From: Candidatus Latescibacterota bacterium
Lineage (GTDB): Bacteria > Latescibacterota > UBA2968 > UBA8231
DNA length: 64,000 nucleotides
Assembly: GCA_965223905.1 (NCBI GenBank)
Contig: CBDCXV010000002.1
Span: 352,001 to 416,000 of the forward strand
Reading direction: 5' to 3'
Shown piece by piece: positions 9,691-19,952 of this stretch. The position numbers and the translations under genes were made by a program. Position 1 is the first letter of the stretch, and every line of letters begins with the position of its first letter. The notes beneath the pieces are model-generated. The model did no database searches. It saw only the letters and a list, made by a program, of their open reading frames with translations, and was not told the origin of the DNA.

Positions 9691-10641
9691 ATGAAGGCAG
9701 GGCGTCTATTCGCAATCGCCAGCGCCATAACGGTCTTGGCGACCACAGCGCATGCATCAATCACAGACATTCAGAATTTAGCCGCGGGCGCGCGCGCGGC
9801 ATCGCTGGGCAACGCTTTTGTGGCGGTGGCCGACAACGGTGACGCGGTGTTTGCCAACCCGGCGGGTCTGAGCCAGATCGAGAGCCGCCAGTTAGCCTAC
9901 ACCAACATGTCGATGATGTTAGGAGGCATCGACGGGGACGATCTGGGCCGGCACCTTACCAGCTTCGTACAGCCGTTGGGGGAGAAGCTCGCTCTAGGGC
10001 TGGGTTATGCGCGCAACGGCTCGGAGTTGTTTAATGAGAACGGGGCGTTTGCTTCCATGTCCTACCGGTTGAACCGCACCCTGTCGCTGGGCCTAACGGC
10101 AAAGTACCTGTTCTGGAGCGTCGGGGAGATTCCAGATGATAACGGTGTTGCAGACCCGTTGTCGAATAAAAGCCACGGTGCTCCGGGGGTCGATGTGGGT
10201 CTGCTGTGGAAGTCGCCATTGCGCGGGGCGCATTTGGGTCTGCTGTTGAAGGATCTCAATCAACCTAACTCGGCATGCGGAACAAAATGCTCCAAGGATG
10301 CCGTGCTGGAGCCTGATGCCGGCAAGTTGCCGATGGATGTGCACATCGGTATTGCAGCCCCAGTTGCGGAGACCTCGATGGTGTCGGTTCAGTGGGTGAT
10401 GCGCGATCTCGGTGGCGAAACCGAGAGGAGTCTTGTGATTGGTGGCGAGACCCGTCTGGTCGAAGGGCTGATGTTGCGTGCTGGAGGAAGCAGGATCCTC
10501 GAAGAGGATGTTAGCGGCGATCTCAATGCCGGTCTGGGGTACCGCTGGAACAAAATGCTGTTTGACTACGGCTACCACATCCCACTTGATCTGACCGAAA
10601 CCAACGGATCTCATCGCTTCACTCTCAATTATAGATTGTAA
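9691..10641 (+). CDS. PorV/PorQ-like (FadL-fold) outer-membrane beta-barrel
   Basis: GARAASLGNAFVAVADNGDAVFANPAGL N-terminal signature; terminal strand HRFTLNYRL; RBS GGAGG. Confidence 0.8.
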   Translation: MKAGRLFAIASAITVLATTAHASITDIQNLAAGARAASLGNAFVAVADNGDAVFANPAGLSQIESRQLAYTNMSMMLGGIDGDDLGRHLTSFVQPLGEKLALGLGYARNGSELFNENGAFASMSYRLNRTLSLGLTAKYLFWSVGEIPDDNGVADPLSNKSHGAPGVDVGLLWKSPLRGAHLGLLLKDLNQPNSACGTKCSKDAVLEPDAGKLPMDVHIGIAAPVAETSMVSVQWVMRDLGGETERSLVIGGETRLVEGLMLRAGGSRILEEDVSGDLNAGLGYRWNKMLFDYGYHIPLDLTETNGSHRFTLNYRL

Positions 10642-10684
10642 TCCATCCTTCTGTGCATAGAAAAACTGGCAAGGAGTTCTGGTC

Positions 10685-13600
10685 ATGACGGTTTGGTTGG
10701 GACTAATCGTCCTGGGCCTTGGGGTGGGGACTAGCCTCTTCCTCCCCGTTCCGCAGAGCCTGAAGACCAAATTCGACGCGGGCCAATCACTTTATGCCCT
10801 CGGCGAGTACGAAGGCGCCATCATCGAGTACAGCAAGGTTGTCAAGTTCAACAGTCGGGCAGTTCGAACCGACAGTGTCCTAGTAGGTTTCGGCGATGAG
10901 TTGGAGTTGCCGATCATGGCCGCGGCTTGGTATCAGCTTGGCAACGCTCACATGCGCAGTGGAGCCCACGAAAAGGCAGTTGATGCCTTCCGTCAAGTGA
11001 CGGAACAGACCGGCGTTCCCGAAGACTTTAGACAACTCGTCCAATTCCGCGTTGCCGAGACTCGCTTCATGCAAAAGGAGTTTGGTAAGGCGGCAGCCGA
11101 GTACAAGCGATATACGGAGATGTTTCCCGACTCGAAACTGGCCGGAGAGTCGCTGTTCTACGCCGGTTGGAGCGAGTTCAACCTGGAGTCATATGATCAG
11201 GCCATAACCACTCTGGCTAGCATGCTCGAGAGGTATCCCGAAGATCGCTACGCCCCGGACTCCCAGTTCCGCATCGCCTCGTCTTACTACGAGAAAGCCG
11301 AATACCAGCGAGCGGTGGACGAGGCTCAGGCAGTGCTCGATCGTTATCCGGAAAGTCCTGTCATCGCCTCAGCGACCTATTTGAAAGCCCAGGCCTTCGA
11401 CGAGATGGATCGGCCGGACGAAGCTATCAAGGCCTATCGCGAGGTTCGCGATCTGTACGACCGCATGTACGAATTGCTCCGAGGGTCTTTCCGGGAAGGC
11501 AAGAATGTTGATTTTGAAAATTACCGGCAGTTGTTCGAAACGTCATCGTTGCGCGTCGCTGAAATTTACCGAAAACAAGGCCAATTCGAAGAAGCTTACC
11601 AAGAGTTGATATCTGCTCAGGAAACGGCCGAGGAGCGCTTCTACAAAGCGAAAGTTCAGATGCGACTTGGCGACAATTATATGGAATGGGAGCGCTTCGA
11701 CGATGCGTGGAACACCTATAACCAGGTGATCACACTATATGGGGATACCCCTTATCCACCCAATGCCCAGTATCAGAAGGGAGAAGCGCGTTACTTCGCT
11801 GGCCGATACGACGAGGCTCGCAGCGAATACCAGCTCGTAACGCAAAACTATCCGGACAGCGAAACCTCGTTGCGAGCCCAAGCTCTTTACAGTGCAGGTT
11901 GGTCGTCGGAAAAGTTGGGGGATTTCGAAGAGGCTCAGAGCCTTTACACTGAGGTGGTCGAGAGTTTTCCGAGGTCTGACCAAGCACCCCTTTGTCTGTT
12001 GCGGATTGGCCGGGTCAACACCGAGCAACAGCGCTTCGAGGAAGCCATCGAAGCTTACGAGATGATTGCAGAAAACTACGGTGAGACTAAACACGCAGCA
12101 GACGGAAATTACGGTCTGGGAATTCTCTACAAGCAAACGGGAAGACTCGAGGAAGCTATCGCGGCCTTTGCGCGCGTGGGGCGCAAAGCGCGCGAAGTGT
12201 ACGTTGCATCCCTGATTGAGGCGGCAAATATACACATCGGGGAAGGCAGATCTGAGAAGGGGAAAGAGCTCCTTAAAGAGTTGTTGGCAGGAGTTAGCGG
12301 AGACCGCGATCTCGAAGCTACGGCACATTATCAGATCGCCCAGTTGGACCTGAATAACAAGAACTATTTTGACGCAATCACACGATACACAAAAGTAATT
12401 GAGGAATACTCCGAAGCAGGGGTGGTTCGCGATGCACACTATGGCCGTGGTCTTGCCTACCACTACGCCAATCGATACAGCAGCGCGATCGCTGACTACG
12501 GGTGGCTTCTTGAGTCCGACCTTCCGAAGCCTATGCTTTTAAAGGTCGAATTCTCAATGGCGCTGTCGTTGTCCGCTCAAGGCAAGGACGACGAGGCCAC
12601 TGAACTATTAAACAAGGTTATCGATTCAGGAGACGAGACCCTCGCGCGTAATGCCCAGCTACAGCTAATCTCGATGGCAGAGAAGCAGGATCCTCAAGAC
12701 GCCATACGCACCTATGAAAGCATGCTCGCGAAGCTCGAATCCGAGGAAGACAAGGTGCGTGTGCTAATTCGTTTGGCAAGCGCCTACTTCAGACTCGAAC
12801 AGTACGATCGCAGCATCCAGGCATCGCAGCAACTCATTGATCTTGCTGTCGACGTTGAAAGCATTTCCAATGCGTTGTTCGTTCAGGCAAATAGCTTTTT
12901 CCGGTCAGGAAATCTGGAACAGGCGATCGCGACATACCAGACCATCATCGATAACTATCCTCAAATTGGCTGGGCGAAGAATGCTCAATTTCAGATCGGG
13001 GTCGCCTACAATTCCCTGTCTGGAGGCGGCAACGTGCAATACCTACCGTTCATGGTGGAAGCTTTCCGGAAATATCACCAAACGTACCCGGATGACGAAA
13101 AGGCCGTCTATGCTCATTACTACGATGCTTGGGCGAGCTACCGCATGGGCAAATGGCGTGAAGCAGGCACCGCATTCGATCAGTTGGCCAAGAATTATCC
13201 GTCGTCCCACTTTGCTCCTGAAGCGCTGTTCCGATCGGGAGAAGCGATTTTCAACCTAGCCCAAGGCCTGCTTCGGGAAGAAAAGAACCAGATCTTTATC
13301 GAAGCTATGGGAAAATACGACCGCGTTTTGAGTAGATATTCGAAATCCGAGTACGTGGATGATTCCTTGTATAACAAAGCATGGGCATTGATTCATCTGG
13401 GACGAAAGGAAGAGGCCCTGCCAATATTTGAGCGGATCGTAGACAATCACCCCGACGGCTATTACGGTCCAAAAAGTCAATTCACGCTTGGGGATTTCTA
13501 TTACAGTGAGAAGGTCTACGATAAGGCGACCGAAAATTACCAAAAGTTCCTTGAGATATATCCTGATGAGCGTCTCAAGAAAGCCGAAGACAAGAAGCTG

Positions 13601-13930
13601 CGTCGGAAGGCAACCGTCCTTCTCGGTCACCTCTCGGAAATCGACGCCTACAACGTTTACGCCGAAGGCGAGAAGTTGTTCGACAAGGAACAGTACGTCG
13701 AGGCGATCGAGATTTTTGAGCAGGTTCTGGAAAAGTATCCGGACAGCGATCAGGCGGTAAACGCCGCCGTCAACATTGGGGCCGCCTACATGGCACAGGA
13801 AGAGTATCGGAAAGCAGCCGACGTATTCAAACAAGTAGTCGAAAAGTACAGCGAAGCAGCGAGGTTTTCTCCGCAAATAGATTTTTCCAAGCAGCAGCTG
13901 CAGGCTCTGGAAGAAGCTCGTGTCATATAA
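10685..13930 (+). CDS. Large membrane-anchored TPR protein (BamD/YbgF-like repeats)
   Basis: N-terminal hydrophobic helix; many A..Y..vi..YP.S repeats over 1081 aa. Confidence 0.85.
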   Translation: MTVWLGLIVLGLGVGTSLFLPVPQSLKTKFDAGQSLYALGEYEGAIIEYSKVVKFNSRAVRTDSVLVGFGDELELPIMAAAWYQLGNAHMRSGAHEKAVDAFRQVTEQTGVPEDFRQLVQFRVAETRFMQKEFGKAAAEYKRYTEMFPDSKLAGESLFYAGWSEFNLESYDQAITTLASMLERYPEDRYAPDSQFRIASSYYEKAEYQRAVDEAQAVLDRYPESPVIASATYLKAQAFDEMDRPDEAIKAYREVRDLYDRMYELLRGSFREGKNVDFENYRQLFETSSLRVAEIYRKQGQFEEAYQELISAQETAEERFYKAKVQMRLGDNYMEWERFDDAWNTYNQVITLYGDTPYPPNAQYQKGEARYFAGRYDEARSEYQLVTQNYPDSETSLRAQALYSAGWSSEKLGDFEEAQSLYTEVVESFPRSDQAPLCLLRIGRVNTEQQRFEEAIEAYEMIAENYGETKHAADGNYGLGILYKQTGRLEEAIAAFARVGRKAREVYVASLIEAANIHIGEGRSEKGKELLKELLAGVSGDRDLEATAHYQIAQLDLNNKNYFDAITRYTKVIEEYSEAGVVRDAHYGRGLAYHYANRYSSAIADYGWLLESDLPKPMLLKVEFSMALSLSAQGKDDEATELLNKVIDSGDETLARNAQLQLISMAEKQDPQDAIRTYESMLAKLESEEDKVRVLIRLASAYFRLEQYDRSIQASQQLIDLAVDVESISNALFVQANSFFRSGNLEQAIATYQTIIDNYPQIGWAKNAQFQIGVAYNSLSGGGNVQYLPFMVEAFRKYHQTYPDDEKAVYAHYYDAWASYRMGKWREAGTAFDQLAKNYPSSHFAPEALFRSGEAIFNLAQGLLREEKNQIFIEAMGKYDRVLSRYSKSEYVDDSLYNKAWALIHLGRKEEALPIFERIVDNHPDGYYGPKSQFTLGDFYYSEKVYDKATENYQKFLEIYPDERLKKAEDKKLRRKATVLLGHLSEIDAYNVYAEGEKLFDKEQYVEAIEIFEQVLEKYPDSDQAVNAAVNIGAAYMAQEEYRKAADVFKQVVEKYSEAARFSPQIDFSKQQLQALEEARVI

Positions 13931-13970
13931 GCTTTCAGTGCTGTAGCTCTAACAGGGAGGATTGTAGCAC

Positions 13971-14624
13971 ATGTTAGATTTCTTTCGTGACGGGGGACCG
14001 TTCATGTATCCGCTGGCTCTTTGGTCGATTATGGCCGTGGGTTTTTTCCTCGAGCGTGTGTGGACATATTCGCGGATGCGTAGCGAAGAAGAGTTGGCTG
14101 AAGCAACCAACGACATAAACACCCGTGTTGACTCGGGGACCACTTTCGAGCAGTTGCGGGAGTACTGTGCAGAGGTGGGCAAGCTGGAAGGTGAAGTATT
14201 CTTGGGGGGTATTGATCGCTTTGAGCACCTTTCGAAAGAACAGCGCACGATGGAAGAAATGCGCGCAGAAATGAACGGCACCGTCGAACGCGCAGCCCTT
14301 GGCTATCTGGAGCGCTACTTGTCGGTTATCCAGTTCGTCGCCAACTCGGTAGTGTTGTTGGGACTGCTCGGAACGGTGAACGGAATGATCCGAGCCTTCG
14401 AGGGTATCGCGGAGAAGGGTCTCGGTGAGCCGACCATCGTTGCGGCTGGTATCTCTGAAGCGCTGATAACCACCGTTACCGGCCTTGTAATCGCTGTGCC
14501 CTCGATTGCGATTTATACCTATTTCAGCACACGTGCCGAGAGCAGGTACGTCCAATTCGAAGCCTACGGACACGGCTTCGTCGACGCTTTGCTTCGTCGT
14601 TGGCAATCCTCGCAAGCTGCCTGA
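13971..14624 (+). CDS. exbB: MotA/TolQ/ExbB proton channel protein
   Basis: GGPFMYPL, LLGLLGTVNGMIRAF, GISEALITTVTGLVIAVP. Confidence 0.9.
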   Translation: MLDFFRDGGPFMYPLALWSIMAVGFFLERVWTYSRMRSEEELAEATNDINTRVDSGTTFEQLREYCAEVGKLEGEVFLGGIDRFEHLSKEQRTMEEMRAEMNGTVERAALGYLERYLSVIQFVANSVVLLGLLGTVNGMIRAFEGIAEKGLGEPTIVAAGISEALITTVTGLVIAVPSIAIYTYFSTRAESRYVQFEAYGHGFVDALLRRWQSSQAA

Positions 14625-14676
14625 GCGGCATTCTTGCAATTTTAATCAGGATTTAGGTAGGGAGGGACAAGGAGAG

Positions 14677-15096
14677 ATGGCAGCCGTCCAAAAACGTGGT
14701 GGCAATGACGAGAAACCCGACCTCACACCAATGATTGATGTGGTGTTCCAGCTTCTCATCTTCTTCATGGTAACGGCGGTGTTCGCTATCACCCCCGGTC
14801 TGGACATCAAGTTGCCAGAGGCAGAGGAGTCACAGGCCCCCGAGAAGGAAAACCTTTTTATTGTGGTCGATCAGGATGGCAATATGAAGCTCAACCATAA
14901 GAGCGTTACGTTTGCCAATCTCAAAGAGGAACTACAGGCCAAGAGGACGCTATTGGATAACACGACCTTGATAATCATTCAGGGTGACGAACGCGCTACA
15001 CACGGCCAGATCGTCCAGATCATGGACATTGCCAGACAGGTAGGCATTGTCGATCAAGTGATCGCAACGGAGCCGCAAAGAGGACGTGGGAAATAG
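14677..15096 (+). CDS. exbD: ExbD/TolR biopolymer transport protein
   Basis: LTPMIDVVFQLLIFFMVT, IKLPEA, GDERATHG; start moved to ATG 14677 after AGGAG. Confidence 0.9.
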   Translation: MAAVQKRGGNDEKPDLTPMIDVVFQLLIFFMVTAVFAITPGLDIKLPEAEESQAPEKENLFIVVDQDGNMKLNHKSVTFANLKEELQAKRTLLDNTTLIIIQGDERATHGQIVQIMDIARQVGIVDQVIATEPQRGRGK

Positions 15097-15201
15097 TCAT
15101 TCCAACCGCAGTAGATGCGTGAGTTTTTACAAAGTGAGTTCTCGACAGACCGGACTGGGAATGACGCACTCTTCGCGCCAAACACCTGAGGACTGAATAC
15201 C

Positions 15202-16533
15202 TTGGACGAACGAAAGAAGCAACTATACGCGATATTCGGGGTTGCAGTACTGATTCACCTGCTACTCATCATCTCTAAATGGTTCGCGTACGCTGTAGGC
15301 GCAGCTGCTTTTGCCGTGCTCCTGATGGCGCTATGGAAAGCTACGACTGGACGCCGACTGGGCCTAAACGCCGCCCTTATTCTGTCAGTGATTGTCCACG
15401 CCGGAGCTTGGGGTGTTGCCTACTACATGCAGCTTACAGTGGTTGAAGAAGAAGAAAAGCTGATTTACTTCCAGGCTCCCCCTCCCATTCTGCAGAAAAA
15501 CTTCGATCTCGCCAAACAGCCAGAGATATCGGAAGTACAGATGGAGATGCTGCTTTCCCAGGCAATGCAAGCCCCTGAAGATATTTCGGCAATCGTCGAT
15601 GTCAGTTCGGTGGGAAGCGACCTCCTTGGAGCGGTGTTGCCCGGAACCCAAGTGCTAGGGGCTTTCAGCGGGGCAAAAGCTGAAGAACTCGCCTTCGACC
15701 AAGTCGAGATGATCGAGTTGACACAGACCGCGGCACCCGTGCAGGAAGCTATGAGCTTGAAGCAGGAATTGCTGAACGTCGGCGACTTGGATTTCGGTCG
15801 TTTCCAGGCGATCCTCATCCAGGATCCGGACAACAAGCGCAATATCAAAGGCTTTTTCAACATGACGGTGGTCGACTACGATCTTGCCGACAAAAGCATT
15901 GATCGCTTTCCCACCGCTGTAGAGGAGTTGATGCGGTATATTCGCGACCACTCGCGTGTGAACGCACGTATCGAGGGTACGACACTGCGGCTCAGTGATC
16001 CCGGCGTGATGAAGGCGCCATTTATCTATCTGACTGGCAACAGCGCAGTATTCCAGTTCACCAACACAGAGAAGGAGAACCTCGGCGAGTACCTGAAGAA
16101 CGGTGGGTTTCTGTTCGCGGAAGAAATTCGGCAGGCAGATCCGGAAACCGGTCTCGACCAAAAGAATGCCGGCGTTCAGGGGACTCTTTTTGATCGTCAG
16201 TTCAAGGCGCTGATGAAGGATCCGGACGTCCTCGGAAGCGATGGCAGCAAATGGCAGAAAATCCCCAAGGACCACGATCTATACTACAGCTTCTTCGATT
16301 TCGAAGACGGACCACCGATGGGTGGGGCTCCGGGTGGCAATGTGTTCGACCTTGAAATGCTTGAGCTTCGGGGTCGTGTCGCGGTGGTTTTCAGCGATCT
16401 CAATATCAGCTGGTACTGGGGTGATCCGAACGCCGACGCGAGGGAACGTGGTTTGCAGTTCGGGGTCAACCTGATTGTTTATGCCCTCACCCAACCTGGT
16501 GGCATTGCAAATGTGACTCAATACACTCAGTAG
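15202..16533 (+). CDS. Membrane-anchored DUF4159 domain protein with TonB-like linker
   Basis: N-terminal TM helices with S..VH motif and a PPP linker; PFIYLTG..E.ENLGEYLKNGGFLF..GVNLIVYALT. Confidence 0.75.
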   Translation: MDERKKQLYAIFGVAVLIHLLLIISKWFAYAVGAAAFAVLLMALWKATTGRRLGLNAALILSVIVHAGAWGVAYYMQLTVVEEEEKLIYFQAPPPILQKNFDLAKQPEISEVQMEMLLSQAMQAPEDISAIVDVSSVGSDLLGAVLPGTQVLGAFSGAKAEELAFDQVEMIELTQTAAPVQEAMSLKQELLNVGDLDFGRFQAILIQDPDNKRNIKGFFNMTVVDYDLADKSIDRFPTAVEELMRYIRDHSRVNARIEGTTLRLSDPGVMKAPFIYLTGNSAVFQFTNTEKENLGEYLKNGGFLFAEEIRQADPETGLDQKNAGVQGTLFDRQFKALMKDPDVLGSDGSKWQKIPKDHDLYYSFFDFEDGPPMGGAPGGNVFDLEMLELRGRVAVVFSDLNISWYWGDPNADARERGLQFGVNLIVYALTQPGGIANVTQYTQ

Positions 16534-16566
16534 GTTAACTAAAAGGTTAACTAAGCTGAAACGAGG

Positions 16567-16611
16567 AAAGCCCGGCGGTTCTTTACGGATCGTCGGGCTT
16601 TCTTCTTTTTT
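16567..16611 (+). terminator. Rho-independent terminator closing the envelope cluster
   Basis: AAAGCCCGGCGGTT...GATCGTCGGGCTTT stem with G-U pairs followed by a T-rich tract. Confidence 0.75.
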
Positions 16612-17072
16612 GTGTATCTGGTTGAGAGGCTTGAGAGCCTCTATCTCTCTCCCAAATGTCGGGTTGAGCGGCTTGAAGTTCCGGTTTTTTCGGTTTGCCT
16701 TCCGGGCACCCAGTCTCCACTACCATAATGTCCTCGGGTTTTTTCCATGTCACGGATTGTGATTCAGGCACCACGGCACGTAGCGGGACAAGCAACGCCA
16801 CGAAGGGGGCAGAATTACGATTTTGGGTGCCGTCCAATGTCACAGCACCCTGTCGGAGGCGATACACTGCCTGCCGACCCAGTGACATTCATTTTCCGAA
16901 GGAAAAGGGGCGTGGGGTTGTGTTACCCGCTTCGGCCCGGAGAACCTCATCGCGCATGCTTGCATCGCAATTTTTTCGGAACACTCCCCTCGACAATGCA
17001 GAATCCGTCCATATAGAGCTGGAGAAGATGATCGGAGGTTATGAGCGGAATACTTGGAGCCTGGGTTCGAGA

Positions 17073-17924
17073 TCAAACGCGGGTGTATTTGAAGACCAGG
17101 TTTTCGACACCCACTTCGCCGACATAAAGATCGCCATGACGGTCCACCCACAAAGAATGAGCGCCGTGAGGTCGATCGTCTGGTCCCCCGGTCACGACAA
17201 ACTGCGACATAAGCCGCCCCCCCGGACTGAAGATGCTCACGCCGCCTCCTTCAGCCACGAACACGGCCCCATCGGGATCGATGAAAAGCCCACAAGGATA
17301 CAGGCGACCTGGCCACTGCTCCAGAAAGCCGCCGTCGAAGTCGAAGAACTGGAGGCGGTTGTTCGGTTCGCGGTCGGCAACGGCCACTCTCTCGTCGGGG
17401 GTGATGAAGATATTATGCGGCAACGTAAATTGGCCCGGCTGAGACCCCTTTCCACCCCAGGAGTGTTTCCAGGTGCCGTCAGATGAAAAGCAGTGTACGA
17501 ACTGCTGGCCGTAGCCATCGCTGACGAAAATGTCCTCGGAGGGAGCTTGGACCGCCCTGGTTGGCATGTTGAACGGCTCGCCCGGTGCGCCGATATTGCC
17601 AGGGTTTCCCAGGGTCTGAAGCACCTTGCCCTCGGTTGTGCAGATACGCACGCTGTGATCGCGGCAATCCGTGATGAAGAGGCGATCGTCGGGCGAGATC
17701 CAGATTTCGTGCGGCAAGGGAAACAGGTCCTCACCCCAGGAGGTCAAGAAGCGACCCTCGCGATCGAACACCACAATGGCGGGTTCTGGTTCCCGGTCGA
17801 CGACGTAGACGCGGTCCGCTGAATCAACCGCAATTCCCGAATTTACACCCATGGCACGCCCGGCTTGCCCACGCCCCCAGCCTTCGACCCGTTCGTATTG
17901 GTATGGTGCCGATCCTACAATCAC
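17073..17924 (-). CDS. NHL-repeat beta-propeller (PAL/peptidyl-alpha-hydroxyglycine lyase-like)
   Basis: PHEIW, FNMPT, FVSDGYG, WGGKGSQPGQFTLPHNI, VADRE..RLQFFD. Confidence 0.85.
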   Translation of the reverse strand: MIVGSAPYQYERVEGWGRGQAGRAMGVNSGIAVDSADRVYVVDREPEPAIVVFDREGRFLTSWGEDLFPLPHEIWISPDDRLFITDCRDHSVRICTTEGKVLQTLGNPGNIGAPGEPFNMPTRAVQAPSEDIFVSDGYGQQFVHCFSSDGTWKHSWGGKGSQPGQFTLPHNIFITPDERVAVADREPNNRLQFFDFDGGFLEQWPGRLYPCGLFIDPDGAVFVAEGGGVSIFSPGGRLMSQFVVTGGPDDRPHGAHSLWVDRHGDLYVGEVGVENLVFKYTRV

Positions 17925-18063
17925 GAGATTCTCCGTCTGTTGAGGTTAGGGCACCAAGCATTGATCGAGTTTTTGCGCCTGTCAAGGCAGGTAGAAAAAC
18001 AACGCGTTGACAGTAGATGTTCATTCTCGAAGTTAGGATCCGTTATTGTGGAGGAAGCATGGA

Positions 18064-19941
18064 ATGAGATTGCCCAACACGCTTGCGATCCTCGTTTTTC
18101 TCAGCGTAGGAGTATGGGCGGGGGAGGTCGATACATCGATGACGCAGGTCGCCACACTCCCCGGACCCGCAAGGCAGCTTGTTGAAGACGCCGAAGGCCG
18201 AATTTTCCTCGTTCTCGACGGACCCCGGGCAGGCTTGGCCCTGATTCAGGAGAATGGTGTCCGTATGGTCTATGAGGGGGCAGTGACTTCGGCAGCTGCG
18301 TCACTGGACGGCTTTCTTTTCCTCGTTGCAGGAGAAGAAGACAGGTGCGTTCTCCGTCTGTCTGAGGAGGAAGCGACTACCGTCGCAGACGGACTGGGGG
18401 TTTCCTCCATCGATGTCACTGCGGCCTTCGGAGCCGCGCCGACCGGCAAGGGTAGCATCGCTCGTTCCGCGGATGGCGCGGTCCGGGTCGAGGGCTGCCC
18501 CAATCTGCGCCGCGCAGATGGAACCTTTGGACCTGTCCCCAGTGCGGGCGGGGGCGACCTCGTTGTCCCGTTGACTCGCGATCTATTCGGGAACTCCTGG
18601 TCGCTGACCTCCTCGGCCGAGCCCAACACAAGGGTGTCCGTGCTCGCCGCCAACGAACCGGCCCGCTGGCAGGATGTCACCCCATCCGAAGGAGGGTCGT
18701 GGGAAATCATCCTTGCCGACGCCGTCGGCTTCGTATGGATCGCCGGGGCGAATGGACTGCGGCGTATCGACCCGAGCACAGATGAAGGCTGGCTTGAGCT
18801 GCCGCGAACGCTCAGCCTGCCGCCGGGAGAGGTTTCGGCTCTTGCCCGTTCTCCGAACGGGAGGGCCTTGGTCTGCTTCGCCTCTGGAGAAGTGATCGAA
18901 ATAGACTACAACAACGACATCGGCAAGGCGGAGATCGTCCATCTGACACGCGAACTGCTGGAGGCCCCTGTACAGGCTGCCTACACTGATTCACGGGGCA
19001 ACGTGTGGCTCAGCATGGGCAGCGAGCTTTATCGAAGGCAAGCGGATGAAAATGCTTGGCAACGCCACTGGAAGGCCCTGAGTCCGATGCCGGGAGGCAA
19101 CCACGACATCTTCTCCGTCGAGGTCGGTGGCCGTCTCTACACGGCGGGAGGGGTAACCAGTGGATGGGGGTTCCCCGCTGAGCATCACTGGTTCGACGAG
19201 TTGTGGGCGTACGTCCACGCGACCGGAGTTTGGGAGGTTGCCGGGCGCCTGCAGGCTGAGCTGTGCTACAACGGGATCGTCACGCTGGAACAGGATGTCT
19301 GGGTCGTCGGCGGCGCGGACAATGTCGACGACGTGAGAGTACCGACGGCTGCCGTTCAGATATTCGATCCGCGAACCGCGGCCTGGCGCCAAGGCCCGGA
19401 AATGAACGAAGCGCGCATGGAGCCGGTCGTCGTGACAGCGGCCGGCAGGATCTACGCGATCGGCGGAGCCAGCGACAAATCCTCCCCCATGGCATCGGTC
19501 GAAAGCATCGGTCCTAAGGAGCAAAGCTGGCGAATGGAGGCTCCTCTTCCGAAGCCGATGCGCCAGTTTGCCGGAGCAACCCTTGACGGCATCATTTATT
19601 GCATCTCCAAGGAAGCCGGATTCTCCTACAACGTGCAGACCGGCACTTGGAGCGAGCTCCCCCGTCTGCAGAACATGCCGCAGGCGGCCCAGGTGGCCGC
19701 CCACAACGGTGAGATATGGGTGCTGGGGGGCGTTCGCATCAAGCGAACCTTCCGCTTCGACCCTGCAAACGGCGAATGGCTTCCAGGCCCGGACTTGCCT
19801 ACCGAGCAATCCTGGGGTTCCGCCAGCGATCTCGACGGCCGCCTAGTGGTCGCCGGTGGTGCGCGTTGGTCCGAGTTTCACCAGCGCTACATTTTCGACG
19901 ATTCAGCATATATGTACAGGGAGGGCTCCTTCGAGGAGTGA
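18064..19941 (+). CDS. Exported propeller protein with C-terminal Kelch repeats
   Basis: Signal peptide; D..G.VW repeats followed by LYTAGG / IYAIGG / IWVLGG Kelch motifs. Confidence 0.8.
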   Translation: MRLPNTLAILVFLSVGVWAGEVDTSMTQVATLPGPARQLVEDAEGRIFLVLDGPRAGLALIQENGVRMVYEGAVTSAAASLDGFLFLVAGEEDRCVLRLSEEEATTVADGLGVSSIDVTAAFGAAPTGKGSIARSADGAVRVEGCPNLRRADGTFGPVPSAGGGDLVVPLTRDLFGNSWSLTSSAEPNTRVSVLAANEPARWQDVTPSEGGSWEIILADAVGFVWIAGANGLRRIDPSTDEGWLELPRTLSLPPGEVSALARSPNGRALVCFASGEVIEIDYNNDIGKAEIVHLTRELLEAPVQAAYTDSRGNVWLSMGSELYRRQADENAWQRHWKALSPMPGGNHDIFSVEVGGRLYTAGGVTSGWGFPAEHHWFDELWAYVHATGVWEVAGRLQAELCYNGIVTLEQDVWVVGGADNVDDVRVPTAAVQIFDPRTAAWRQGPEMNEARMEPVVVTAAGRIYAIGGASDKSSPMASVESIGPKEQSWRMEAPLPKPMRQFAGATLDGIIYCISKEAGFSYNVQTGTWSELPRLQNMPQAAQVAAHNGEIWVLGGVRIKRTFRFDPANGEWLPGPDLPTEQSWGSASDLDGRLVVAGGARWSEFHQRYIFDDSAYMYREGSFEE

Positions 19942-19952
19942 GGATTCTAAAG

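Noticed and set aside
16532-16554. Tandem AGGTTAACTAA x2 after the DUF4159 stop
   Set aside because: Short local duplication before a terminator with no support for function.
16612-17070. 460-bp intergenic region as an ncRNA or small gene
   Set aside because: No recognisable RNA motif; the ORFs there lack an RBS and protein-like composition.
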